From assembly GCA_964035545.1 (NCBI GenBank), contig OZ037767.1, positions 29,714,628-29,778,627 of the forward strand: a DNA stretch of 64,000 nucleotides. The letters run 5' to 3'. Made by a program: the position numbers and the translations under genes. The number at the start of each line of letters is the position of its first letter. The first letter of the stretch is position 1. Below, in pieces: positions 39,930 through 55,293 of the stretch. The notes under the pieces were generated by a model. That model saw nothing but the letters and a program-made list of their open reading frames with translations, made no database searches and was not told the DNA's origin. This DNA is from Bugula neritina (taxonomy: Eukaryota > Animalia > Bryozoa).

Positions 39930-42900
39930 CTAAACAGTACAGTCTCTAGAAGTATAATGTACAGTATATTCTCCATATCCATCTGTTAGACTCACATCAT
40001 CTAGATCTGTGACATCATACAACTCACAACTTCCTGTTTGTATATCATAGTTTACTGACTGACAGAGACTACTGGATGTACAGATACGAATACACTGTGC
40101 TGCTGACTTTACAGTGTGAGTAGATACTGTGTGAGCATCTATTCTAGAACCTTCCACTTTACAGAACATCATTTGCTGACTGTCTCCTTGGTGACTTTTT
40201 AAGAGAAGCGTAGACTCTTTATCTGCAACATACAGTTGCATACATATTACAGTGCAATCTGTGTCACAAAGTAACATATATAGCAAGCACCTGCAAGCAC
40301 TTAGAAGTACCTGCAATTAATAGCATCAGAATGTTTTTGCCTTAAAGACTATGCTTATGACAGCTTTATGATACACCTATAAACGCTTAACTTGTAAAAA
40401 GTTATATACTTTATGAGAAGTTTCACAATTTTTTTAGTGCTATCGTTTCTATAACTAATGTTTGCTTATTGGTATATAATGGTATTATAATTGTACTCGG
40501 ACTCAGGTTGTAATATAAAAATTGATCAAATATACATGTACAAAGAAAATTAGCATTAAACTAATTTGATGTTTTTGGTTCTGTTTTAATTTGTTTTGTT
40601 ATAATCTTCTCACAATTAAGAAGATTTGCTAAGGTTCTGTAGATTGGCAGGAAATTAATCCCCAAAGTTCATTGGTTATGAGTTGTCATTAATGGCAAAG
40701 CTGAGCTGCAATAACAACCAATAATTAGCAGTCTAATTTTTCATCTACAATTTCCAACAAGTCTAAATAGTTAGCTTAACAGAAAAAAATTATAAAGTGT
40801 TAGTATAAGAATAAATTTATATTGTATATGAAAGCACAAACAAAGCAGGTGTGAGAGCAAGTTATATTCACATAAATGCTTTTCATGATTAGATGCTTTA
40901 TTTTCAGGCAACTCAGAAGAAATTACGTGTTAGTTTTGAACATAGTTGTATAGTATGTATAGAACAGCTTTTAGACTGTGTAGGTAATTGTTAAGTAAAT
41001 TATTATAGTATGTAGTCAGAGAGTTTTACCATTGCAAGGGAAGTTTTCATAAATTATGTCAGCTTGACCCATAGTCCTCAAAGTTTTCGGATTTATAACA
41101 TTCCCTTTGTCATTACACCCCAACTCTTCCATTTCTGTCTCTGATAGTACGTAGTCCCACATGTTGAATAACGCTACTTTTCCTGGTATAACCTGGTCTG
41201 CCTGTACACCACCTTTCGGAAACACCATTAAAAACAACTAACAATACGCATAAATGTTATAGAATCATAAAACCTGATTTTCTTTTAAACTGAATGTCAA
41301 AAGAGCACATTGTAGAGAATAAACGATAAGATCTCATTACTAAATCGCCACTTTTTCAAGCTTTCTAAAAGCAAATTAGAATTTTACCCACCACCAAAAC
41401 TATCTTGCTCATGTAACAGAATTATAGTTCCACCAGCACCTAAACCAGACGTTGAGGACGATGTGGCAGCAGTTTGTATGTGTTTGAGTTTCCCACGAGT
41501 TTCTAAGTCAGCATACCACTGTGATTAAATAATATATAAAGTCAGCATAACACTGTGATTAACATATAAGAGAAGGTAAGTTCCGGCGAAACTTTATCTT
41601 AAAATCTAAACGAACAACAACTGAATATCGTATTGAGATTTTTCAATCATTAAACCTAATTGAAACTCTCAAGAGTATTGGATACCGATGCTATCATTTA
41701 TGCATCACTTATTAGTTTTAACAACTTTGAATAATATACAATAATATAAAGTATAGCACTGAGCTCACAAATTCATGTTTTCTCACGTAAGAATAATTTG
41801 CTGACAGTTTGTTGTAATAATATGTTACGTGAAAATTTCCCAAGAGTAGAGCCAGCTAATAAATTATTGCTGCAATAGTATATTATACTCATTTCTATAA
41901 AGGTATTCATTATCAAATTACGATAAGCAACTGAACGGTGTAATAGCAATAACAAAAAGCTTGAATAATTTTATTCTAATATTTACTTTAATGAGATGAA
42001 ACTGTTGCTTTTTGTATGATTGGAGTAGCCAGATGATATTATAGCTAGACCATGTTTCTTAGCTTTGTATGATAGTCAATGAATGTTTCGATTCCAGTGC
42101 TTTAAGCTGATTCATTAGATAGGATCAATTTGCTTTTAACGCTTTAGCAGTGTTATTATAAAAAATTAAAAAGGAATTAAAACAGAAGCACGATGTATAC
42201 AGATTTTAGCAGTTATCTAAGTTTTGTTGGAAAACCTTTTCAACTCATATAATATATTACGAAAGACATAATTGTAAAAGGCACTGAGCCACAAATTCTT
42301 AAATTTCCAAGAACTATAATTATCATAATTTGATGTACGACTTACAGCAAGTTTCTCTCCTACTTTCCAGGTGAAGCAGTGTTTATGCCAGCCATACAGT
42401 GTGAATAAAGAGGTGTTGGTCAGTCTAGTATGTAGTGTGCCTCTAAGTGTCTCTAACACAGCTCCAGTGTCATCATAGTGTAAACCAAACTCATTGGAAG
42501 AAGCTGAAAAGTACATGAGAGTGAAATGTTTCATTCAGTAAATGGAGGTGTCATTACAGCATGCTGCATTGCCTTCAAGTTAGAAAATTATAGACAATAA
42601 TAGGTATTCGATGCAAAATATCCTTTGCTATTGGAAATAAGGTATGCAACATCAAACTCGCATGTTCTACTCTTACATGTTTGACCGCAGAAATTGACAA
42701 TATTTTTGAAAGTTAAAAACAAAAGAGTGCATTTTATTGTCTGAAATTATAGTATTTTTTTAAAATTGACACCATGACTAATAGAAGAATGCACTTACAT
42801 GACGTGGCAATTGTGAAGAGCCATCTACCTCCAGCGGTTATTGGTAGGTGACTCTTAGAGAGCCAGAAACAGCAGGTAAACCGTGAGAGGGCAGGTAAGT

Positions 42901-43241
42901 TTTCCTGATAGATATAGTTGGTTTCAGATCGATACTGAATATATACGGGAAGTTGCTTGCTCTTGTAACTTGTAACTGGTAAAAGTTGAGACTATGTAAT
43001 GTTATATATTTATAAAAGTGAGTTATGCATTCGCCTACCTAAACTAATTTTCTTTTTAGAGTAATAAACTTTAAATATAATATATAATACTAAAAATATT
43101 TTTCATCAATATTATAAAAACTAGTTCTAAATTTCAAAATAATGTGCAGTCAGCGTAAAATTTTACTTAATATTTAAATAAAATACCTGAAATAAAGCAA
43201 ATCTGCAAGAAGAAAAAAATAAAAGTATAATGCAGAGTCAT
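39930..43241 (-). CDS. Secreted pentraxin-like + C-terminal PAN/Apple protein, copy A (6 exons, ~330 aa)
   Basis: Exons 43241-43187, 42975-42799, 42503-42346, 41518-41392, 41212-41030, 40222-39930. Signal peptide MTLHYTFIFFFLQICFIS; pentraxin motifs LPALSRFTCCFW, NEF, WHKHCFTW, GGTIILLHEQDSFGG, FNMWDYVL, GNVIN; PAN motif CIRICTSSSLCQSVNY..CELY. Confidence 0.88.
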
Positions 43242-44633
43242 TTCCTTGGTTAGTGCTGTATTTTCTCTGTATAAACTATAACCCAGTTGCATACTCAGTT
43301 TCAAATAAGCCAGTGAAGGTAGTATGCAATGGCTTTTATACAGCACATGTATTTATTGATTTTTGCTCTTTTACTACTCTCCCTGTGCTCATTGAACTGA
43401 AAGGCTTTCATTTACGTTTTTATGGTTGTGACAAATCATAATAAACGTTTTTGTGTAAAATTTCCTGTAAATATTTGAATTTACAAGACTGTAATTGTAA
43501 TGAACTATGGTTGTATAACTAGTCATTGTTTTAAGTATGTGCAATAGATATGAAGCACTGTGAAAGTTTAAAATATTTACATTTGGAAATTTCAAAAATA
43601 TACACAATGTAGAGCTGTATAAAAACATTACAACAGATGAAAAGTGAGATATAAAACCTAGTAGCATATTAAATAGTATATAGGGTGTATTAAATGTAGT
43701 ATATAATACATTATAATAATGCAACATAAAGTAAACAGTTAACTCGGTGTTAACAAAGATTGAAGCATATAAACTAAGTATTATGGCAAATTTACTCAAA
43801 AAATGTTCTTTTTTAATTTAGCTTTAGGTTCTGCTTGGATTGTGTAAGAAAAGTGACCTTCCGATTTACAATAGTACTTTGAGATTGACAGCTTACTTTT
43901 TGCAAACTCATGCATAAACTTCTTATGGCTTGCTTGAAACTGATTACATTTTGACTTTTCAAAATATTCAATGAATTATTGACTAGAGACTTTCTAAAGA
44001 ATGCAAAAGATCATCATGTTGTGGTCTTATGCTATTTTGTGGAAGATTGCATATGTCTTCCAGCTTGGAGTTTGATTGTAAGGGATGAATAGTGAGTATT
44101 AAATTGGTCATAAGCTGAGTTATGACAACAGTATTTTAATTTAATGAATCAAGATTCTATTAGTCTGGCAACTTTATGTTATGCCTATAAGTAAATATTA
44201 TCTATAAGTGACAATGGATTTCTCAAATTTCTAGATATATTCAGTTCTATTGAAATAAAATTCAGTTATTAATAATTCTAGCAATTCTATTCTCCTGCTC
44301 TAGCTCATTGGAAGCAGCTAATTGCTATAATTTACAAACATAATTATGAGATGGGAGCTTTTTTCAGTCGTGAGATTATTTGTAAGCTTAGAATTACATA
44401 GCTACTGTTTCAGAGTGAGCTCTTTCTATTACCTTGATGAAAATAAAGAGAACAAAAGAAATAGAAAAATATAAAAGTCAATTATAGGTTAGTTGTTTAT
44501 AATACAATTTGAAGAATATAATGTATAGTTATTTTTGTGCTATGGCATATTATAATTATCCTAAACCTGAAATACAACTAAAAGCATTTATAACTCCAAT
44601 TTAATTTTTATAAAGTCACTATGCTGAGTATAA

Positions 44634-47066
44634 CTAAACAGTACAGTCTCTAGAAGTATAATGTACAGCATGTTCTCCATATCCATCTGTTAGACTCACA
44701 TCATCTAGATCTGTGACATCATACAACTCACAACTTCCTGTTTGTATATCATAGTTTACTGACTGACAGAGACTACTGGATGTACAGATACGAATACACT
44801 GTGTTGCTGACTTTACAGTGTGAGTAGATACTGTGTGAGCATCTATTCTAGAACCTTCCACTTTACAGAACATCATTTGCTGACTGTCTCCTCTGTAGCT
44901 TTTTGGAAAAGCTACGAGCTCTTTATCTAAAGTGAAGGCAAGCATACATGAAATGTAGCAAGCATCTGCAAACATTTGCAGTTATACCTGCAAATTCTTG
45001 CAATAGCGGTGAAAATAAAAATTTCTGATGTATTTTGTCAGGTGCAATGTAGATTGGAAAACAGTATTTGTTGTGTAGCAGCTATTTGGTGAGTACTGAA
45101 GATTTTCAAGCATTAATGCTTAACTTAATCGTTATAAATGCTTTGTATAAGTGACTTGGAAAACTTTATTTATTCTAAATTTAATTCTTTAGGTTTTCCT
45201 TTTCAGCCATATCTTGATTTTTTGATACCTGCTATTAACACAGCTCACCATTGCAAGGAAAGTTTTCATAAATAATGTCGGCTTGACCCATAAACTTCAG
45301 AGTATCCCAGTTTATAACATTTCCTCTGTCATTACACCCCAACTCTTCTATTTCTGTCTCTGTTAGTACGTAGTCCCACATGTTGAATAAAGCAACTTTT
45401 CCTGGTACTGACTGTATCAATTGTAAATCACCTTTTAAATTAAAAAATTTGCATTTTTGAAACTACGTTGACTAAGAATAGTAAACTACGACACTAAGCT
45501 AAATGCACATGATTATTATACATATATATAATTTATACTTTATAGCCTTGCAAAATGTTCGCTCAGTAATATAAACTGGAGTCTTCAATAAGATAGTGTT
45601 TAACTAGGCAGTGCTCAATAGAGAAATTATGAACTGACATTACATTGTGTAACTGTGCAAATAAAACAATACTCTGTATATCATAAATATTATGTGATGA
45701 GTTACAAAAAGGACAAAAATACATTTAAACAGCAGGCTATATAGTTTTACTCACCACCAAAAGTGTCTTGTTCATGTAATAGAATTATAGTTCCATTATT
45801 GTTTATCCCAGCTGATGTCGATAATGTAACAGCAGTTTGTATGAGTTTGAGTTTTCCATGAGTTTCCAAGTCAGCATACCACTACGATTAAATATCACAT
45901 GAGTTTATATATATATATATATATATGTAACACTGAAGAGATTGAACGAAAATAACTATTTTAATAATTAGGGATGGACACTATTATATAAACTTATGAT
46001 TAAGCTAAATAGATTGTGAGTATATTACATCAACTATGACACTCAAGTTTTATTGAAAAAGTATTTTAATTTTGTAATCAGTCTTTATCGCCCAGTATTC
46101 AAGCTGTACAAACTCACACCAAGTTTTCCTTCTGCCTGCCATGTGAAGCAGTGCTTATGCCAGCCATAGAGTGTGTACATAGGTGTGTTGGTCAACTCCA
46201 TTCTAAATGTATCTTTGAGAAATTCGTATATATTGCTGTTTATAAAGCCTAAACCAAACTCATTATCTTCACCTGCCAAAAACACAATTAACATTACATA
46301 TACAATAAAACAATAATAATAAACAATAATACTATACAATAATATTGTGCAACAATAGAATAATAAAATAATGCAATGAAACAGTGATATAACAATTTGC
46401 AGTAATATAATATAACTGCATAATGATATAATATAAAAACAAACTATATGCAATGAAGTAATAAAATAATACTGTATAAAATTGGTGAAGATCAACAAAA
46501 CAATTTACCTGACACCGAAACAGAGAATAACCATCTACTAGCTGTCGTTGGCAAGTGACCTTTAGAGAGCCAGAAGCAGCAGGTAAAGTTTGAGAGTGCA
46601 GGTAAGTTTTCCTGGTATACATAATCAGTAATAGATCTGTGTTGTGTGTACACTGGGAGTTGCTTGCTTCTGCCACCTTTAGAACAACATTAGAATAACT
46701 AGCTTTATAGTGTTAACTAATATAATAACTTGAGTAAATGACAAGCAAGTGCAGCTGCAGTTAATCCCCTCTCTCCGAAAAGCAACGCTATAAGATAATG
46801 CTATGCTTTCAATAGCAAAGTTATTACAAGTCTTATTTGACAAATTGTATTAATATATTTGATGTGGTCCTACGTATTATATCCTACATTATAGTTATAT
46901 ATATATATTATATGTTACATGGTTTTATACATTATATATTGTATGGTTATATATATATTGTATTTTGCACTATAATTTATATATACTGATAAAATAACAT
47001 ACCTGCAGTGTAACGAATAATACAAAGCTGCCAGCTTATGTATAGAAACAGACAATATTTCAACAT
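44634..47066 (-). CDS. Pentraxin-like + PAN/Apple protein, copy B
   Basis: Same 6-exon layout: MLKYCLFLYISWQLCIIRYTA / ..LPALSNFTCCFW.. / EDNEFG..WHKHCFTW / WYADLE..LLHEQDTFG / QSVPGKVALFNMWD / PAN exon 44926-44634. Confidence 0.88.
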
Positions 47067-49028
47067 TTTCAACTCAATCTCTGAGCAGCTAATACCTGCT
47101 GTTTCTGCTGAGGATTGTAGCTGTTATCTGGGCTAGCATTGTGCTGATTTATACAATTATTAGAACATTGATTTTACTTATTTATAATAATATAATATGT
47201 TGGTTGACTCCTAGCAACCAATCTTCCATAAACACTGGAAGTATTAAATCATGGCTATTTGAATTTTTTGCAATCAATGTAAAGTTAGCAAATAGCATAA
47301 TTATTTCAAGTAGCAAAATTAACATGATAATATAATAAATATCTAACAGTCTATATATTGATTTTTCAGCATGGCGTTCAGCATAACGTTTCCCTGTTAG
47401 GCTCGGCGTAGCATATGTCAACTTTCAATTTGCATATATCATATCTAATAGAAATGATAAAAAGTTATAAAATGCATTTGTAAAGTTTTATTTTAGGAAT
47501 GTTTTCTGCATAAACACCATTTTTTATATAATTAGTCAATTTGCATGATTATATAGCATCAAGTTTAGCATTTGACATTCACCTATATAGTTCGCGAAAC
47601 GCATATTTGGTGTTTTACATTAGTTTGTTCAATTTTTTTCAGGACAGAAAGGATTTTAGTTTTTATTATATAAGCCAAAAGTAAATATGTTGTTCAAAAT
47701 GTGCACCAAGTGCTAATTGCTAAATTTGACCCATGCAGCAGCAATATTCAATCTTTAAAAAAGTCACATAGCGCCGGTGCTACACTGGGCTTTAGAGGTA
47801 ACAATCCTTCCAAATTTCAGATCAATATTTTATTGATTGAAATTGCCAGTTCAATCAATTTTGCAGCTTATTTTTATTCAGTCACATAAAATATAATTCA
47901 CACATGTTACCCAGATAGTGAAACTAATTATTTTTAAGGCAGCCCTTTTACTAGCAAGATAAAAACAGCAGAGCTGAAAAACTGGACAGCTTTATTCTTT
48001 AGTAATCTTAATGGATTATATCAAACCAAATAAATAATTTAAATTAGCTTTGCCTTTTCCTTCAAGAATTTAGACTGCTTTTTGATTAATACATTTCTAC
48101 CAGTTTTTGATTGTAAAGAACCTAAACGTAGATCTTTGAAATTCTGAAAATGGCTGCATTTATTTTGTAAAAGCTTTTTACCATCTATGTTAAAGGTACC
48201 GTTTAGCATTGTAAAAATATTATCAAAATAGCAAAAATATACCTGAACTTTATTGTCTAAAATCAAGTTCCAATTTTAGAGCTATAACCTTAGTGCATAT
48301 TCTAACTTTTATAAATATTATATAAAATTATTTGGGGCAACATTCTAAAACCAATCATGTTTTATAATTTCAAGAAAACTCTTCAAACAATAGCTTTGCT
48401 AACGACAATTTCCTTGCTTAAAATTATATGCAGCTCAAAAAAAGAACAAAGTATGTCTCAGACAGACTGAGTTATAATAAAAATCTTGCCAGACTACAAA
48501 CCCATGCACTAGATAGAAACAGCTAAATTAATCTAGAATGTGAATTACTCAAACTGAAAGAAGAGAAAAAAATTTCATGTCAGTCTGAATGCTAAACTGT
48601 GAGTTTGCTTCATTTTTACTAAATCACAGCTAACATAAGAATATAAATTATAAAAAAACTAACCAAGATAAAGGCTACATTATACATGTATTTATTATTC
48701 TCGAAACTGTGGAAAACCATAACAAAAAATGTCTGACATCGCTTTGCTTGATATTTTTTAGTTTCTTGATATTTGGAAAAGTTCACAAAGTAGGTTTTTT
48801 TGAAATAAGCTAATGCTAGCAAGAGTGAGCGCATGTGCTATAATTGATAAAATAGCTTACAGTAATAGTACAAGGATACAACAAATATCAAATTTTATAG
48901 ATAAGCAAAGATTGAATTTTCAAAGGGTGGGTGGGTAAGCCTCATTGATGTATAATATATATTAATTGTTTCTGCATATATAATGATTTATTAACTGTTA
49001 CATCATACAGTCACTATACTGAGTATAA

Positions 49029-52000
49029 CTAAACAGTACAGTCTCTAGAAGTATAATGTACAGCATGTTCTCCATATCCATCTGTTAGACTCACATCATC
49101 TAGATCTGTGACATCATACAACTCACAGCTTCCTGTTTGTATATCATAGTTTACTGACTGACAGAGACTACTGGATGTACAGATACGAATACACTGTGCT
49201 GCTGACTTTACAGTGTGAGTAGATACTGTGTGAGCATCTATTCTAGAACCTTCCACTTTACAGAACATCATTTGCTGACTGTCTCCTCTGTAGCTCTTTG
49301 GGAAAGCTACGAACTCTTTATCTGAAATAAATGCAAGCATACAGAAAATTTAGCAAGTACCTGCAAGCACCTGCAAGCACCTGCAAACACTTGGAATATT
49401 ATTCAAATAAAAATCACTGCAACTATAATGGATCAGATATACAATCCAAGGCTTGGAAGGAACCTTTGTTTGCTGGATGGCAGCACTTGAATAAATGCTG
49501 AACAGGAAGCTTAGTACTTCACTCACTCAATATAACTGACTGGTTTTAAAGCACTTCTGTTCCGTGTATAGACTCTTGGATTAAGCTGCATAGTTGAATT
49601 TGTTTGATTTTATTTATTGCAAATCATAGATTTTCCATTGCAACCCTAGATTTATTATATTATGGTATTTAAAGCAAATCATAAACATTTTACAATGTAG
49701 TTGACCTTTTGTGTGAACTTTCTGACAGTTACAGAAGAAGGCCGCATTTAATTCTTTAATAACCTTGTGACAGCACAGCTCACCGTTGCAAGGGAAGTTT
49801 TCATGAATTATGTCAGCTTGACCCATAAACTTCAGAGTATCCAGGTTTATAACATTCCCTCTGTCATTACACCCCAACTCTTTTAATTCTGTCTCCGATA
49901 CTACGTAGTCCCACATGTTGAATAACGCAACTTTTCCTGGTATAACCTGGGTTGTGTCTAAATTGCCTTCAAGAAAGCAGCAAATAGAAACAAAAATAAA
50001 CACTGTACGACCTTAACTTATACAGGTAACCATAGATACATAAAAACCATAAACTAATAAACTGAAACTTCACTCACCTCCAAAACTATCTTGTTCATGC
50101 AGTAATATAATAATTCCACCTTTCTTTATACCAGCTGATGCATCTGAGGCAGCAGATTGCATGAGTTCGAGTTTTCCGCTGGTTTCTACATCAGCATACC
50201 ACTACAACCATATAGCGTCAGCATGAGGTAGAGTCTTTATGTTTGGACAATTAGTAATTCATTTGTACAACTTCAAAGTTTAACCTATATGTGATATCTT
50301 TATTATATTAGAATATTTTTGTTGAAAATACGAGTTATGCGTGTGTGCATTATAATTGAAGCAAGTTATTGCTTAAGATGTTTAAAGAATAATACTTTGA
50401 ATATTCTTTGAAATGGTCTACCAAATTGTACAACTTCTATATCTTGTCTATATAATGCAGCACTGAAATGTATTTTAAATTTCATCTGGAAAAAATTATA
50501 AAACTGTCGCTCTAAGACATAAATAATAAACATTGTCATTATAAATTTTAGTAGTTATCTTCTCTAACAAAAACGAATTTGATTATGCAATGTGATGAGT
50601 TGGGTATTGCAAACAACACACTAAGAAGCAAAGTTTAGACCCTGCAAGTATAGAGAAAAGCCAAATCAAATGAGAGGTAGGTATTGAACTGTTATATGAT
50701 AGAACTCACGGTAAAGTTTCCATCTCCCTGCCATGTTATGCAGTGTTTATGCCAACCAAACATTGTAGCTATTGGTGTGTTGGATAACTTAAGACGATAT
50801 GATCTTTTATATGCATCTTTGATATCTCCTTGATTTTCATAATATATTCCAAACTCATCAGATACACCTTAAAAGACAGTAAACAGTACATCCTGCAAGA
50901 TATGCTGTCTTAATAATATTCTGCTAATTAAATTATATTAGCTGCCACAATATACAACTTGATCACTCAACTGGTTTCTAAATTTAAAATTTGAACTTTC
51001 AAGCCAGCTAATTAGTGATTAACAATAGCATGCAATTAAAGTCAGCAATAAGTTGTATTAGTTTTATAATGCCTTTTATTAGCTGCCTGGAAACTTCATC
51101 AGCTGCAAGCAATCAGAAATCTTATATGTAAATTTAGGACATGTTTGCTCAAGATTTATTATAAAACAAAGTTGTTTGACTATTCAACCCTTAAAAAGTC
51201 TGTTGTAGATGATAGTTAAAATATATATAGACATTTAATAGAGGCTTTTCACAAGCCCTCTGGGGACATTTGTATTTTGAAGTTGTCTCCTCCCAGAAGG
51301 GCGAAGTGTAGTCTCCATGATATATAGAACAAGCACATAAAATCAGTAGAAATCTAAGGTTTGTGGGAAGACTATTGCTAGTACCAGTTTCATTTTTTCT
51401 GAGATTAATATTTTGGCATAAGCACACAGGTTAGCAGTTCCAGAAAAATTTTAAAAATTTTCTTTCTTCAAAAATCTTGAGAAAAATTAACTTCAAAGCA
51501 TGTTTGTGGTTTTGGTTACTGCACGAGCAAGCTGAATTGGCAACTATGAGATAAGTCCCATTAATCAGTTGTTATGCTGGCTGTCATATTCAGTTTATAG
51601 CTGTTGACCTTTCAACTCTTTGGTCAGAATGTGCTGTTGACACAGTGTTAGACCACTGCTACTCTGCTAGTGCACTGAATGAGACAGCAGATTAGCTGTG
51701 TTAGCATTTTCATTACACTTACACACTTATGCTATGAGAATAGCTAGACTATAACCTCAACATCCATCATTTTCACAAAAAGCATTTTCACAAAGCTATA
51801 GATATATATTAAATAGACAGATTAAATTTGTAGTATAGAACGAATATGAAATGTGCTTTGACACATGTCGGTTAATTATCTAATACAGGTTAAATGCATC
51901 TATTGCAATTGTAACAATTGTGCTCAAATAAATATATATCTAGATAATTTAATCAAAAACCGAGATAGTCTTTTAGCAGTTGGCATTCAGGCCCTTGTGT

Positions 52001-54567
52001 TACAGCTTTGTTATTTCTTAATTATGCCTGTGGCTTGTAGCATTTAGGAGCATGCAGTAGTGAAGAAATTGAGATAGCCTAAGTTTTTTAACTTTCTTTA
52101 CAAATGTTGGTGTTGCGTATAACACAACTTTTTTGCTACATTTCTAATCTAGAAAAAAGGCTTTTCCCAATTTCTCCATTAGTACTGCATCTACCTTGTG
52201 TGTAGTAGTCATCTCCGTCAACTGCGGTAGATTCAAGATCCTAGTTAATGTATGGTAGGTTAAAATATAGTTATATAATAAGATGGATATACAATATAAA
52301 ATAGGTAAACTAAGCTAATCACTACTGCACCTGAAAGCCCAAGTTTCCCAACTCATCAAATTGCAGCATAAACTGAATTCTCTGAAAATTACTTTAGAAG
52401 GAAATTCTGGTTGAAAAGTAGCCTATTAAGCAGATTCTTACAAGTGAAGCAGTGAAAGCATGTTGATAAAATTGGGTTATTAACATTTTGCTTGGATTTT
52501 CAGTTAAACTGTTTAATGTTATAGCTCCTCAACTTCTCATGCTTCAAATATCATGAGCTAGTGTTATTGACACTCAACTGCAGTTATACAACTAGCTTGG
52601 CTGATCCCATGGGTCACAAAATGTTATAAAATATAAAGCCTTTCTTAAATTTGAGACTCATATTTGAATGACATAAAAGTTTAGAGGTTGGCTATAAGTC
52701 ACGACAGCACCAATTAGAATATTACAGCTATTATCTTAAAATAGGCATGCGCGAGGATATGTAAGTTAAAATCAAGTATAACATTTCAATTAAATCTTTT
52801 AAATAAAACTATTAGACCTGTTGTAAAATATGCAATGAAGATATAGGGCAGACAAAATATTTCAAGATGGATCGATATTGAATGAAAAGATGCCTGCTTA
52901 AATATAAAGTGTTTTTAATAAATTTTTGCATAAACTGAGCTTTGCTTTTCTTGGTAATATTTTTCTTTTAAAGAAGTTTTAGCCATAACATGAAACTTAT
53001 ATGTAAAGCATTCCTGGTCCCTTGAACATAATGTAGCACAAACTCTTCAAAGTGTAATTAAGTGCACATGCTATCACGCATCATTTTGATACTACAAATT
53101 TAATCTGTCTATTTAATATATATCTATAGCTTTGTGAAAATGCTTTCTGTGAAAATGATGGATGTTGAGGTTATAGTCTAGCTATTATCATAGCATAAGT
53201 GCGTAAGTGTAATGAAAATGCTAACACAGCTAATCTGCTGTCTCATTCAGTGCACTAGCAGAGTAGCAGTGGTCTAACACTGTGTTAACAGCACATTCTG
53301 ACCAAAGAGTTGAAAGGTCAACAGCTATAAATTGAATATGACAGCCAGCATAACAACTGATTAATGGGACTTATCTCATAGTTGCCAATTCAGCTTGCTA
53401 GTGCAGTAACCAAAACCACAAACATGCTTTGAAGTTAATTTTTCTCAAGATTTTTGAAGAAAGAAATTTTTTAAAATTTTTCTGGAACTGCTAACCTGTG
53501 TGCTTATGCCAAAATATTAATCTCAGAAAAAATGAAACTTGTACTAGCAATAGTCTTCCCACAAACCTTAAATTTCTACTGATTTTATGTGCTTGTTCTA
53601 TATATCATGGAGACTACACTTCGCCCTTCTGGGAGGAAACAACTTCAAAATACAAATGTCCCCAGAGGGCTTGTGAAAAGCCTCTATTACTGCAAAAAAT
53701 AAAGTGTGCCAAGGATTTTTTATTTAAATAGTTTTCCTGGATAACAGTCTATTTTAAAGAGCTGTCAGATTCACAGTTTATATAGAAACACAGTTTTTCT
53801 AACAGCTTTAAATTTTTGGTTCGTAATGATATATAAAAATAAAAACAATAAGCTGCTCAAGTGTTAAATAATATTCTTGTATTTTATCTTAATGAATCCA
53901 AAACAATAAGTTGTTTTGATAATATTTCGAAGGTTAAAGATGAAAACAAACTTACATTAAATATGTATTACCTGGGACAGAAATAGAAAACAGGTATCTG
54001 CCATTTTTAGTTGAGAGAAAACCTTTAGAGAGCCAGAAACAGCAGGTAAAGTTTGAGAGTGCAGGTAAGTTTTCCTGGTATACATACTCAGTAGTAGTTC
54101 TGTGTTGTGTATATACTGAGAGTTGCTTACTCTTGCCACCTTTAGAAAATAAATGTTAAAGTGTGCTGCTTAGCAGAATGTTGAGAGTTTTGTACTAATT
54201 TAGAAGCGGTGAACACTGGGTATCATATGAAGAAGTTTACCAGTCATATTTGAATATATTACAAATATAATTAAATATGCTGAAAGCATATTACAGATAT
54301 ATTACAAAGATACTATATATCAGGGATAGTTCAACTAAACTAATTTTTTTAAAACACTTTGTAAAGTATAAAATTTTAAAAGAAAAGTTTGTCAAAAACT
54401 GCTATTGAAAGATTATTGCAATACAAATAATTAAAATGTTTACATATGAAATAATGTTTGGAACCCTACAGTTAACATAAATTATTATATTATATACAGC
54501 ATAAAAGCTTACCTGAAATAAAGCCAAAATTTGAGTAGAAAATAATGAAAGTGTGCAGAATGAGCAT
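49029..54567 (-). CDS. Pentraxin-like + PAN/Apple protein, copy C (intron 2 enlarged by a foldback element)
   Basis: Exons near 54567-54513, 54140-53972, 50867-50710, 50201-50078, 49967-49784, 49321-49029. MLILHTFIIFYSNFGFIS, FTCCFW, VSDEFG, WHKHCITW, LLHEQD, FNMWD, PAN; frames are open. Confidence 0.86.
51240..53685. mobile_element. Foldback-type non-autonomous element with ~600-bp near-perfect inverted arms
   Basis: 51240-51836 is the reverse complement of 53089-53685 with few mismatches (mirror ORFs 51191-51427 and 53498-53731). Ends AT|AGAGGCTTTTCAC ... GTGAAAAGCCTCT|AT; spacer ~1.25 kb. Confidence 0.88.
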
Positions 54568-54959
54568 ATTAAGCATTAAGCTGGTGCTTTCTTTATTAGA
54601 GATACATATATTTTAAAGCGCCTTCAAACTACATCTCAAGTTTTAACTAAACAACTGAAGAAAGTAATATAATATGTATATCAATATGCAATATTAAAAA
54701 AACTATTGATTTCTGATATTTTTAATTTACTTATGCATATATATTTCTTTAACTTATAGTTTGGTTAATGACTTATAGTTTAATTCATTAAGCAGGTTAA
54801 AACCAATGGAAGCGTTACATTCAAAGGTTATAGTTGGCAATTACTTGGCATCTCACCCATTATTTTATTATATATATTTGACTATATTACCAATAATGCT
54901 TTATATTGAGTTTTCACTCTTCATGAGTAAAGGTATATAACACCTATATACCTATACAT

Positions 54960-55080
54960 AACTGTTATTACATACCCTGATGGCTGTTTCATTATTTATA
55001 GCAGGAGCATCAAACAAACCCGCCAACACATTATCCAATTCAACTGGTTGAGTCAATATTCTGTTCAAACAATTCCCTGG
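54960..55080 (-). promoter_or_regulatory. Candidate promoter module of copy C (AP-1-like TGACTCA + TATAAAT)
   Basis: On the minus strand, TGACTCA at ~55054-55048 and TATAAAT starting at 55000; the block is conserved with 59900-60015. Confidence 0.4.
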
Positions 55081-55240
55081 TGACAGGTAATAACATGTGC
55101 TATAAAACACATATTATAAGTAAGCAAATTGATTCAATATTAATATATTAATTTTTGAAAGTCAACAAACTTTTGTGTATTGCTAGCATTACTGTGTATG
55201 ATTGTAACATGTAAATTACTTATATATTTATATTTTATAC

Positions 55241-55293
<53 letters not shown>

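Noticed and set aside
51191-53731. Two near-identical ORFs MCLCQNINLRK.. on opposite strands
   Set aside because: By-product of the inverted arms of the foldback element; GTG start and no recognisable domain.
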